Source of the DNA: a bacterium
GTDB lineage: Bacteria > Fidelibacterota > Fidelibacteria > Fidelibacterales > Fidelibacteraceae
Assembly (NCBI GenBank): GCA_963676395.1
Contig: OY781066.1
Span: forward strand, 128,001-192,000
Reading direction: 5' to 3'
Length of the DNA: 64,000 nucleotides
The stretch's first letter is position 1. Every line of letters starts with the position of its first letter. The notes beneath the pieces were generated by a model. That model saw nothing but the letters and a program-made list of their open reading frames with translations, was not told where the DNA came from and did no database searches. A program made the translations under genes and the position numbers. Below are positions 49,129 through 57,799 of this stretch, in pieces.

Positions 49129-49971
49129 TTACAACTCTTTGCGCTCTCTATCAAATTCCGGCTCGCACTTTTCCAACTCATCTGCCATTTTATCATGAAT
49201 CATATTGGAGAATTCACGGCGTTGCTCAATATCACTATCATCGTAATCCGGGATCTGCGCTTCCAAGATATGCATATCAAGAACAACTTTGCCAAAGGTC
49301 ATGAAATGGGTAAAGTGCTTAAAGAACGGTGTTGATTCACCATTATCTTTTAATGCCCAGGCGATCTGAGTGCGTTGTTCTTTTTTAATTGGTTTTCCGT
49401 TAATATTATTAAGCGTAAAAACAATTGGTACAACAGGACGTTTTGTTCTATTTGCAGCTACAAATAAGGCCGAGGAAAAAGGTCGCAACCATGTCCCGTC
49501 TGTCGTGGTTTTTTCCGGTGAAAACCATACATTAATATGATTATTCAGTACTTTTTCAGTCGAATTAATATAAGTCTCCGACATACCGCCTTTTTCACGA
49601 TTAACAAAAACGGTGCCACAAGCCTTTGCTACAGCACCTAAAAATGGCCACTTTCCGATTTCTTCTTTAGCAACAAATGCAACCGGCTTTGCCTTTAACA
49701 AAGCAGCTAATTCCACGTAACCAAAATGATTGCTAACCATTAAAGAACCTGAATCCTTTGGCAGGTTTTCTTTTCCCTTAATGTTTACTCTGATCCCCAG
49801 TACAAATCTTAATAACCAACCAATTACCATGGTCATTTTATAATTAATTCTTATTGAGAAATTTTTCCCAAATAAACTAAGTACATAATATGAGATGTAA
49901 ACTAAAACCAACATTACAAGTGTAAATACAAAAAATAATGCGATACGAATTCCAGCTAGTATATATTTCAT
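49129..49971 (-). CDS. Lysophospholipid acyltransferase (PlsC family)
   Basis: VSNHFGYVE, FVAKEEI..WP, FVNR, SPE.T.TDG..L.PF, PVVPI. Confidence 0.85.
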   Translation of the reverse strand: MKYILAGIRIALFFVFTLVMLVLVYISYYVLSLFGKNFSIRINYKMTMVIGWLLRFVLGIRVNIKGKENLPKDSGSLMVSNHFGYVELAALLKAKPVAFVAKEEIGKWPFLGAVAKACGTVFVNREKGGMSETYINSTEKVLNNHINVWFSPEKTTTDGTWLRPFSSALFVAANRTKRPVVPIVFTLNNINGKPIKKEQRTQIAWALKDNGESTPFFKHFTHFMTFGKVVLDMHILEAQIPDYDDSDIEQRREFSNMIHDKMADELEKCEPEFDRERKEL

Positions 49972-51218
49972 TCGGATTCCGGTAAGGTTAATTGTCCCAT
50001 AAATACAATGGCTTTTGATTCATTATGCCTGATCATAAAAGTAAAAGGATGATCCGCTCTGAATTCAATAGGTGCTTTTTGTACCGGCGCCATAGCGGTC
50101 GATTTCATTACAATCGCCGTAGCTGCAGCTGCTTCGGTTTTCTTTTCATCCACTTCAATAAAGGCCTTATGAATGGCATTAGATATAAACAGATCTTTAC
50201 CGCCGGTTATACCCGAGAAATCAGCATGGTCTGTAAATGCTTGCTTTATCCCCATCTCTTTAAGCATAGGAACTAATTCATAGTCGGTTTCCAACTTGAA
50301 TTTCGGCATATAAAGAAGAATATCTTCTCTTTTTTTCTTCTTATCGTGGTTTTCAAGTATACCGGAATCAATATTTTCAACCAGTTGTTTTAAGCCGGTA
50401 ATAGTTCTTGGCAAAACAATTAGCATAGAATAATCATAACCCTTATACGGTAATTCTATGATCTCGTTTGACATGGAATTGGAATATAAAAAATGATGCC
50501 GTTGATACATCATTTCACACGAAGTTTGTGAACCATCCAATAAATAAAACACATCTTTTTGGGTCATGTCCTCATTAAACATATCCGCCCACTCAGCATT
50601 AAAATAAACTGCATTGGTTAATACCATACGGGTGTCGGCATCCAATGTACCTTCGGGGATAAGATCTTTAATGCGATCATTTGTTTTATTTTCAACCCAG
50701 TTATTGATCACTTTTCTTGCAGCATCAGCTCCTTTGATAAAATCTAACAAACGTGATTCACTATGATAATCTTTTGTTATGGTCTCTCTATATTCTTTTA
50801 AAAGTTTAAACTTATTTTGTACCCATATAGCGTTCGCAATGTTCATTTCAAAATCTTGAGAATTATCACTTGCCAGACTATCTAATATTTTCCCATAAAG
50901 TGTATGAAAACAATCATTTTGCATACCATAATTCATAGTTTCCATCATCTCGGTGGCCGTTGAATGCTCTGCACCTGCATAGGTCATGGCAAAGGCTGCA
51001 GAAATACTTAATGGAGAATAAAATTCATTACTAAGATCACCATCATTCATAGTATTGAACATTTCAAAAGCAAAATCATTCAATCCTTCAATCACATCTT
51101 CAGCTTTAGAATCAAGTACACTTGTTTTTTGAGTTAAGGAACAATTGCATATATCCCTTTTTGCACAAGAAGAAAGTGCTATCAACACAATCCCCATGCT
51201 AATCAATATTCGTTTCAT
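49968..51218 (-). CDS. Serpin family lipoprotein
   Basis: Lipobox LSSC; SPLSI, INNWVENKTNDRI, LTNAVYF..W, TEAAAAT hinge, FRADHPF. Confidence 0.95.
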   Translation of the reverse strand: MKRILISMGIVLIALSSCAKRDICNCSLTQKTSVLDSKAEDVIEGLNDFAFEMFNTMNDGDLSNEFYSPLSISAAFAMTYAGAEHSTATEMMETMNYGMQNDCFHTLYGKILDSLASDNSQDFEMNIANAIWVQNKFKLLKEYRETITKDYHSESRLLDFIKGADAARKVINNWVENKTNDRIKDLIPEGTLDADTRMVLTNAVYFNAEWADMFNEDMTQKDVFYLLDGSQTSCEMMYQRHHFLYSNSMSNEIIELPYKGYDYSMLIVLPRTITGLKQLVENIDSGILENHDKKKKREDILLYMPKFKLETDYELVPMLKEMGIKQAFTDHADFSGITGGKDLFISNAIHKAFIEVDEKKTEAAAATAIVMKSTAMAPVQKAPIEFRADHPFTFMIRHNESKAIVFMGQLTLPESE

Positions 51219-51227
51219 TTTCTCCCC

Positions 51228-52817
51228 TTAAATTATAGTATCTTTAAGATATTTATTATCCTTCTCGGGATAATCACTCATATAGTGTAATCCCCTACTT
51301 TCATTTCGTCTTAATGCTGAACGTACAATTAAATAGGCAACGGCGGAGAGATTTCGAAGTTCCAAAAGGTCAAGCGATACTTTAGTTCGCTTATAATATT
51401 CTTCAATCTCTTCATATAGAGTGGTCATACGGGTAATGGCACGATTCAACTGAACCTTTGAACGTACGATACCGACATAATCCCACATAATGGTCTGCAA
51501 TTCCATACGGTTATTCCGAATCAAACTCCATTCCTGCTCATTGGTTACATCCGTGTCATCCCATTCGGGAATAAATACATTATTATATTTATTTTGTCTC
51601 TTTTCAATTACTCTTTTCGCTGCACGATGTGCGAATACTAAACCCTCAAGTAAAGAATTCGATGCAAGGCGATTGGCTCCATGCACACCCGTATGAGCGG
51701 TTTCACCCGCAGCAAATAAGTTATGCATAGATGTTTGACCATTCAAGTTAGTCATAACGCCACCACAAACATAATGAGCAGCCGGCACAACCGGAATCCA
51801 TTCTTTAGATATATCAATCTTAAGATTATCTTTACAGTATTTTGCGATATTCGGAAAATGTGCAAGTACCCTATTTTCAGGCAAATGAGTCATATCAAGA
51901 TAAGCGCAACTCTCCCCTCTTTTCTTACATTCCGCATCTATTGCACGTGCGACAATATCACGGGGTGCCAGTTCCAAACGTTGATCATAGTTCTCCATAA
52001 AGCGTTCACCGGCAGCATTACGCAGTATACCACCAAAACCTCTGCAAGCTTCAGTAATCAAGAAGGGTTCAGCACCGGGTTCATATAAAGCTGTCGGATG
52101 GAATTGAATAAATTCCATGTTAGCAATCCTGACTCCGGCGCGATAGGCCATCGCAATACCATCGCCTGTTGCGACTTGCGGATTCGTTGTATGAAGATAT
52201 ACTCTGGAGGCACCACCAGTGGCAAGGAGAGTAAAATCAGCCTTAAATATGTTTACATCACCGGATTTTTCATCCAGAACATAAGCACCAAAACAAATAT
52301 TGAATGCAGATTGTAAATTTGATAAAACATGGTGATCTGTGATCAATTCCACAGCCATATGATTTTCGTAAACTTGGATATTGGGATGTTCTTTAACTCT
52401 TTCGACCAAAGTACTTTGTATACTTTTACCCGTTTGATCTGCGACATGTAAAATACGATGATGTGAGTGACCACCCTCGCGAGCAAGATCAAAACTGCCA
52501 TCTTTCTCTTTATCGAAGTTCACACCCCAACGAACAAGATCTTCTATACGTCCAGAGGCATCCTTTACAAGCACTTCAACAGCATCATCATGGCAGATAT
52601 CCGCACCGGCAATATGTGTATCCTTTGCATGAGATTCCGGATCATCATCGGGATCGGTCACGGCGGAAATACCACCTTGAGCCAAGGTCGTATTAGTCTC
52701 GCATAATGTTGACTTAGTGATCAGCGATACTTCTCCGAATTCGGCAACATCCAAAGCGAAACTCAATCCGGCGACACCCGAACCAATGACTAGATAATCT
52801 GATTTTATTTGAGACAA
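51228..52817 (-). CDS. nadB: L-aspartate oxidase
   Basis: GSGVAGL, AQGGI, REGGHSHHRILH, EFIQFHPT, LAPRDIVAR, HGANRLASNSLLE, ESRGLHY. Confidence 0.96.
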   Translation of the reverse strand: MSQIKSDYLVIGSGVAGLSFALDVAEFGEVSLITKSTLCETNTTLAQGGISAVTDPDDDPESHAKDTHIAGADICHDDAVEVLVKDASGRIEDLVRWGVNFDKEKDGSFDLAREGGHSHHRILHVADQTGKSIQSTLVERVKEHPNIQVYENHMAVELITDHHVLSNLQSAFNICFGAYVLDEKSGDVNIFKADFTLLATGGASRVYLHTTNPQVATGDGIAMAYRAGVRIANMEFIQFHPTALYEPGAEPFLITEACRGFGGILRNAAGERFMENYDQRLELAPRDIVARAIDAECKKRGESCAYLDMTHLPENRVLAHFPNIAKYCKDNLKIDISKEWIPVVPAAHYVCGGVMTNLNGQTSMHNLFAAGETAHTGVHGANRLASNSLLEGLVFAHRAAKRVIEKRQNKYNNVFIPEWDDTDVTNEQEWSLIRNNRMELQTIMWDYVGIVRSKVQLNRAITRMTTLYEEIEEYYKRTKVSLDLLELRNLSAVAYLIVRSALRRNESRGLHYMSDYPEKDNKYLKDTII

Positions 52818-52933
52818 TTTTTACTCGTTTTTCTTTTGTTTAACGATTTGAAATTTAGAGAATATTTAGGTATTAGTAAAGGAAATATATTTGTGTGCTT
52901 TCTACTTAAGACTTGAATACTTGGCTCAGCACT

Positions 52934-53036
52934 AAGAGTGTGGAGTAAAAGAGTATAAACATTTCAAACTCACAACCTAAACTCTTGATTCACAACTTAC
53001 TACTCACCACTCACTACTTACTGCTCACTACTCACT
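52934..53036. repeat. Inverted pair of heptamer arrays (longest in the window)
   Basis: AAGAGTG TGGAGTA AAAGAGTA ... ACTCTTG ATTCACA ACTTACT ACTCACC ACTCACT ACTTACT GCTCACT ACTCACT, abutting the polA stop. Confidence 0.8.
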
Positions 53037-53039
53037 CCC

Positions 53040-55772
53040 CTAATGTGCTTCAAACCAATCTTTACCTACTCCAATATCAACCTTCAAGGGTACATCCAAT
53101 GACGCAGCACCTTCCATAAGACGACGGACATTATTTTCAAGCAATTCCAATTCATCCGGATGTACTTCAAAAACCAATTCATCATGTACTTGTAAGATCA
53201 TCTTTGACCTTAGCTTTTCTTTCTTCATCCAATCATGTATTTTGATCATCGCGATCTTAATGATATCGGCAGCTGTTCCCTGAATAGGCATATTAATAGC
53301 AACACGCTTTGCGGCTTCGGCTAAATTTCGATTTTCGGAATTGATATCTCCAATGAATAGCTTACGACCATAGATCGTAGAGACATAACCCTTTTCTTTA
53401 CAATCACTTACCGTGTTATCGATATAATCTTGAACACCAGTATAACGTGAAAAATATGACTTAATAATGGCACCGGCATCGGCATAGCCGATATTCAATT
53501 CCTGAGAAATTCTATGCGAACCGGCACCATACATAATACCAAAATTAATTACCTTAGCCGTCCGGCGCATATCGGGAGTGACCTCTTCCTGACTTACATT
53601 AAAAACCGTAGATGCTGTATGCGTATGGATATCCGCATCTTCATTAAAAGCTTCCAGTAAATTTGGATCTTTAGAGATATGGGCAGCAACCCTCAACTCC
53701 ACCTGGGAATAATCTGCAGCTAAAATGCTCCAACCATCATTTTGAGATGTAAAAGCGTGACGAATCTCACGTCCCATCTCCGTTCGAATGGGAATATTTT
53801 GAAAATTAGGATTGGTTGAAGACAAACGACCCGTTGATGCAACAGTTTGATTAAAAGATCCATGTATCCTTCCGGTATTTTGGTTTACCAATTGCGGCAA
53901 TGCATCTACATAGGTAGAACGCAATTTAGTTAACATTCTAAATTCCAAAATCTTTTCCGGAAGCGGATGCTCATGCTTAAGTTTTTCCAACACCGTCACA
54001 TCGGTAGAAAATCCGGTCTTTGTTTTCTTAACCGGCTTCAAGCCCAGCTTATCAAACAAGATGTTTGCCAACTGTTTAGGGGAATTAATATTAAAAACAC
54101 CGCCGGCAAGATCATGAATCTCAACCATGGTAGCGGTCATTTTAGCTCCCAACTCACGACTCATCTTTTTCAAATATTTCACATCAATATAAACACCATC
54201 CTGCTGCATAGCCTCTAAAACGGGAACTAAAGGCATTTCAATATCACGTGCGACATCTTCCAAATCACTTTCTTTTAACTTTTTATCAAAAATTGTATAT
54301 AACTGATAAGTAATATCGGCATCTTCAGCAGCATAAAAGATCACTTTATTTATATCAACTTGTGACATTGGGATCTGCTCACTTTTCTTTTCACCGATCA
54401 GCTCGGTAATTGGCTGCATATGATAATGTAAATATTGCTCTGACAATAAATCCAGTTTATAAGAATTCATACCCGGATTAATCAAATAAGCGGCCAACAT
54501 AGTATCAAAGACAGGACCTTTAACATCTGCTCCATGTTGCCTCAAAACTAACATATCAAATTTTGCATGTTGCGCAACCTTCAATATATTTTCATCACAA
54601 AACACAACTTTTAAGATATCAAGCAGCTCAGGCTTATAAGGAATGTAATACCCACTCCAAGGTTTAAAGGCAAATGACATCCCCACCAACGGGGCGGTCA
54701 TGGGATCAATACCATCCGTCTCCGTATCAAAGGCAAATACCTTTTGCTTTTTCAATTGCTTTACAAGCTCAGTTACTTTATCTATGGAATCACAAAGCAC
54801 ATAGTCTTGTGTTTTATCACCACTGCTTAACTTTACAGTCTCATTCTCACTCTTAGATTCACCCGGGCCGGAGTTATCGGAAATTTCATTTTCGAGAGAT
54901 AAATCCTTAATAAACTTATACAGTTCAAGATCCTTCAACTGTTTTAATAGTTCCTGACGCTTAAAATTACCATCAGTTTCCATATCCTTCCACTCAATTG
55001 AAACCGGAACGGATGTATCTATAGTTGCCAACTCGCGACTTAAGCGTGCCATATCAGCTTCATCAATCAATTTTTGACGAGTTTTTTCATTCTTGATATC
55101 ATCAATTGAAGCCAGCAAGTTATCAAGGGACCCAAACGAATTCAAAAATTTGACCGCAGTTTTTTCACCAACACCTTTTACACCGGGAATATTATCCGAA
55201 CTATCACCCATAAGCCCCAACAGATCAATAATACTTTCGGGTGACACGCCCCACTTTTCTTTTACACCATCAGGATCATAAATGGTCAGTGGACGCTTTC
55301 CGGTTGCCGGCGCATACAGATAAACGTGCTCGGTAACCAATTGCATAAAATCCTTATCACCCGATACCATATAAGTATCCATGCCTTCTTCCTCAGCCTT
55401 TTTAGCCAAAGTACCGATAATATCATCTGCCTCGTATCCGGGCATTTCGATCATAGGAATATTCATTGCTGCTAGCAGATCTTTGATCCATTGGATCTGA
55501 GGCCGCATTTCAAAGGGCATTTTTTCACGTGTCGCCTTATATTCGGGATAGCGCTCATGCCGAAACGTCTTTTCTTTAGCATCAAATGCTACGACCAGAT
55601 AATCGGGATCTTCATCCTTTATAATCTTAAAAAGCGCATTTAAAAAGCCATAGGTAGCAGAGATATGACGCCCATCGAAGGTCACTAAAGGGTTTCGTAT
55701 TAGCGCAAAGTGTGCACGATAGGCAATAGCCATACCGTCAATAATGAATAATCTATTTCGTTTGCTTGTCAT
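53040..55772 (-). CDS. polA: DNA polymerase I
   Basis: 5'-3' exonuclease (YEADD, SGDKD), 3'-5' exonuclease (FDTET), polymerase motifs DYSQVELR, AKVINFG, LQVHDEL. Confidence 0.98.
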   Translation of the reverse strand: MTSKRNRLFIIDGMAIAYRAHFALIRNPLVTFDGRHISATYGFLNALFKIIKDEDPDYLVVAFDAKEKTFRHERYPEYKATREKMPFEMRPQIQWIKDLLAAMNIPMIEMPGYEADDIIGTLAKKAEEEGMDTYMVSGDKDFMQLVTEHVYLYAPATGKRPLTIYDPDGVKEKWGVSPESIIDLLGLMGDSSDNIPGVKGVGEKTAVKFLNSFGSLDNLLASIDDIKNEKTRQKLIDEADMARLSRELATIDTSVPVSIEWKDMETDGNFKRQELLKQLKDLELYKFIKDLSLENEISDNSGPGESKSENETVKLSSGDKTQDYVLCDSIDKVTELVKQLKKQKVFAFDTETDGIDPMTAPLVGMSFAFKPWSGYYIPYKPELLDILKVVFCDENILKVAQHAKFDMLVLRQHGADVKGPVFDTMLAAYLINPGMNSYKLDLLSEQYLHYHMQPITELIGEKKSEQIPMSQVDINKVIFYAAEDADITYQLYTIFDKKLKESDLEDVARDIEMPLVPVLEAMQQDGVYIDVKYLKKMSRELGAKMTATMVEIHDLAGGVFNINSPKQLANILFDKLGLKPVKKTKTGFSTDVTVLEKLKHEHPLPEKILEFRMLTKLRSTYVDALPQLVNQNTGRIHGSFNQTVASTGRLSSTNPNFQNIPIRTEMGREIRHAFTSQNDGWSILAADYSQVELRVAAHISKDPNLLEAFNEDADIHTHTASTVFNVSQEEVTPDMRRTAKVINFGIMYGAGSHRISQELNIGYADAGAIIKSYFSRYTGVQDYIDNTVSDCKEKGYVSTIYGRKLFIGDINSENRNLAEAAKRVAINMPIQGTAADIIKIAMIKIHDWMKKEKLRSKMILQVHDELVFEVHPDELELLENNVRRLMEGAASLDVPLKVDIGVGKDWFEAH

Positions 55773-55826
55773 AATATTCCATTTTGTTTTTTTAATTTCG
55801 GGATTTTTCTTTATTTTTACAAGTAA

Positions 55827-55906
55827 AAGCGTAAGTTGTGAGTCATAAGGTGAACTCGTTATTTCTCGCTCAAAACGCAATAAGCTCTAAACACTAGGCT
55901 CAAAAC
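55827..55906. repeat. Degenerate inverted heptamer arrays between divergent genes
   Basis: AAGCGTA AGTTGTG AGTCATA AGGTGAA ... GCTCTAA ACACTAG GCTCAAA. Confidence 0.45.
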
Positions 55907-55910
55907 TATT

Positions 55911-57656
55911 ATGAAAAACATTAAATATTTTATTTTTACTCTTATCACCCTTCTTGCTTTTAGCGCCTGCTCGGAAGCACCTGCATTGGATCCACCCGTT
56001 TTGAGTGACAAATGGATCACGGTTTACGATATTGATTCCGAGGGTATTTCTAAAAACTGGATCAATGAATTCCCAAACTCTAACTTCACGGGTTCAACCT
56101 GGGAAGACTGGCAGACTCCCACCGCTCGCTATCGCTGGCACAAACAACGATTCAAGGTTGGTACCCTAGACAGTACATCCTGCTATTATTTAAACTGTTC
56201 CACCATAGCTTCCCCATCATTGATCTGGCTGAATGGCAAACTTCTTAATGTGCTTGAATACTCGGAAAATTATACAATCCCTATAGACAAAGAATTAATA
56301 GAGAATGACTATAATGAGATCATCATCCGCAATGAGTATAAAGAGAATTCTTTTGGTATCCATCATCTTGACATTGTTAAAAACAGTGGTTCTTCTTGCT
56401 ATGATAATAAAAAATATGATTATCATGCCATGCCCTTATACAACGATATGCCTTCATTTTCACACGATATGATCATTTATGAGGCTTATGTAAGACAAAT
56501 TGAGGATGGCAAATTCTCTAATCTCATTAATATGAGCTCAAGACTTCAACAACTGGGTGTTAATATGGTGCGACTCCTTCCCATACATCCGGCTACTCGT
56601 GTAAGCAAAACATCGTATCCCGATCCTTACGCTGTAAGAGATTATTTTTCTACTGCCGCAGAACTAGGCAGTATGACACAATTCTCCTCCCTACGGGCTT
56701 TATTGCACCGAAATAACATCAAATTAATGATAGACTCCCCCATCACTTTCTCCGCCAAAGATCATTCGTGGGTAAGAGACTATAAAAATTATTATATCAC
56801 GAATGCTGAAGGCACTCCGCTTAGCGATAAAACTCATAATAATACGGCATTGTTTGACCTAAACGATACGAAGCTTCGTTCAAGATTATATTCATACTTT
56901 GATTTCTGGTTGGATCAAGGTGTTGATGCCTTCAGAATTGATAACAGTGAAAACTTGGATAAAGAATTTTATTCTGACTTACGCGATCACTTTATCAAAA
57001 AAGGTAAAAATGTTTTTCTTTCAGCTGACGGTATTAAAGCTGAACATATGCTCTATGGTTTCAATACTGTCGATGGAAAAGAGCTTTATAAAACCTTTTT
57101 GGCCATCAAAGAAAAGCGTGCAAAAGCGGGCCTGATTGGTGAGACATTAAATAAAGAAATTAAATCCTATCCTGCCGGAACAAAGATCATTCACTATACA
57201 GAAACATTGGATACAGAAAGAGCTTGGGATGCTTTAGGTGTTCCAGACCATCATCTTGCACTCTTTACCATTTTTACGGCACCCGGTATCCCCATGATCC
57301 AAGCTGGTGAAGAACTAAGAGATCCCCCAACATTTTCTTTAACAGAGAAAAAAGATGTTGTCTGGTATCGTATCTACTGGCCAACCTATAGGCTGATTGA
57401 AAAGCTATCAAAACTTCGTAAAGATTCTCCTATTCTTACCAGGGGTGATTTCAAACAGATCGCCACGACTGAATCTATCGCAGGTTTCTCTCGTCGTTAC
57501 AGAAACGAAACCTGGTTTATTCTTATGAACTACAGTGATCATGATATTACATACAATATTGATGCGAAAAACACCGTATTTAGTGACGGATCATCAAAGG
57601 TTGTGGGTGAAGGGAAAGTAAGCCTAAAAGCAAAAGGGTATTGTATTGTAAAATAG
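55911..57656 (+). CDS. GH13 alpha-amylase family lipoprotein with N-terminal beta-sandwich domain
   Basis: Lipobox FSAC; IIYEAYVR, LGVN...LLPIH, PYAVRDY, GVDAFRID, PGIPMI.AGEE. Confidence 0.82.
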   Translation: MKNIKYFIFTLITLLAFSACSEAPALDPPVLSDKWITVYDIDSEGISKNWINEFPNSNFTGSTWEDWQTPTARYRWHKQRFKVGTLDSTSCYYLNCSTIASPSLIWLNGKLLNVLEYSENYTIPIDKELIENDYNEIIIRNEYKENSFGIHHLDIVKNSGSSCYDNKKYDYHAMPLYNDMPSFSHDMIIYEAYVRQIEDGKFSNLINMSSRLQQLGVNMVRLLPIHPATRVSKTSYPDPYAVRDYFSTAAELGSMTQFSSLRALLHRNNIKLMIDSPITFSAKDHSWVRDYKNYYITNAEGTPLSDKTHNNTALFDLNDTKLRSRLYSYFDFWLDQGVDAFRIDNSENLDKEFYSDLRDHFIKKGKNVFLSADGIKAEHMLYGFNTVDGKELYKTFLAIKEKRAKAGLIGETLNKEIKSYPAGTKIIHYTETLDTERAWDALGVPDHHLALFTIFTAPGIPMIQAGEELRDPPTFSLTEKKDVVWYRIYWPTYRLIEKLSKLRKDSPILTRGDFKQIATTESIAGFSRRYRNETWFILMNYSDHDITYNIDAKNTVFSDGSSKVVGEGKVSLKAKGYCIVK

Positions 57657-57749
57657 TGATTGCTTATAGTAATAAATATTTCATATTCGCCCTTAAAACT
57701 TGTAACTTGTAAGGGCAGTAATGAATCATCATGAAAATGAAACCCAAAT

Positions 57750-57779
57750 AAAAAGGACTCCCTAAGCAGTCCTTTTTTT
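57750..57779. terminator. Bidirectional terminator
   Basis: AAAAAGGACT-ccctaagc-AGTCCTTTTTTT between convergent genes. Confidence 0.78.
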
Positions 57780-57799
57780 ATTTCATTCTTAACTTTAAA

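Noticed and set aside
52968..53036. Possible CRISPR array
   Set aside because: Units are contiguous 7-mers without spacers; no cas genes in the window.
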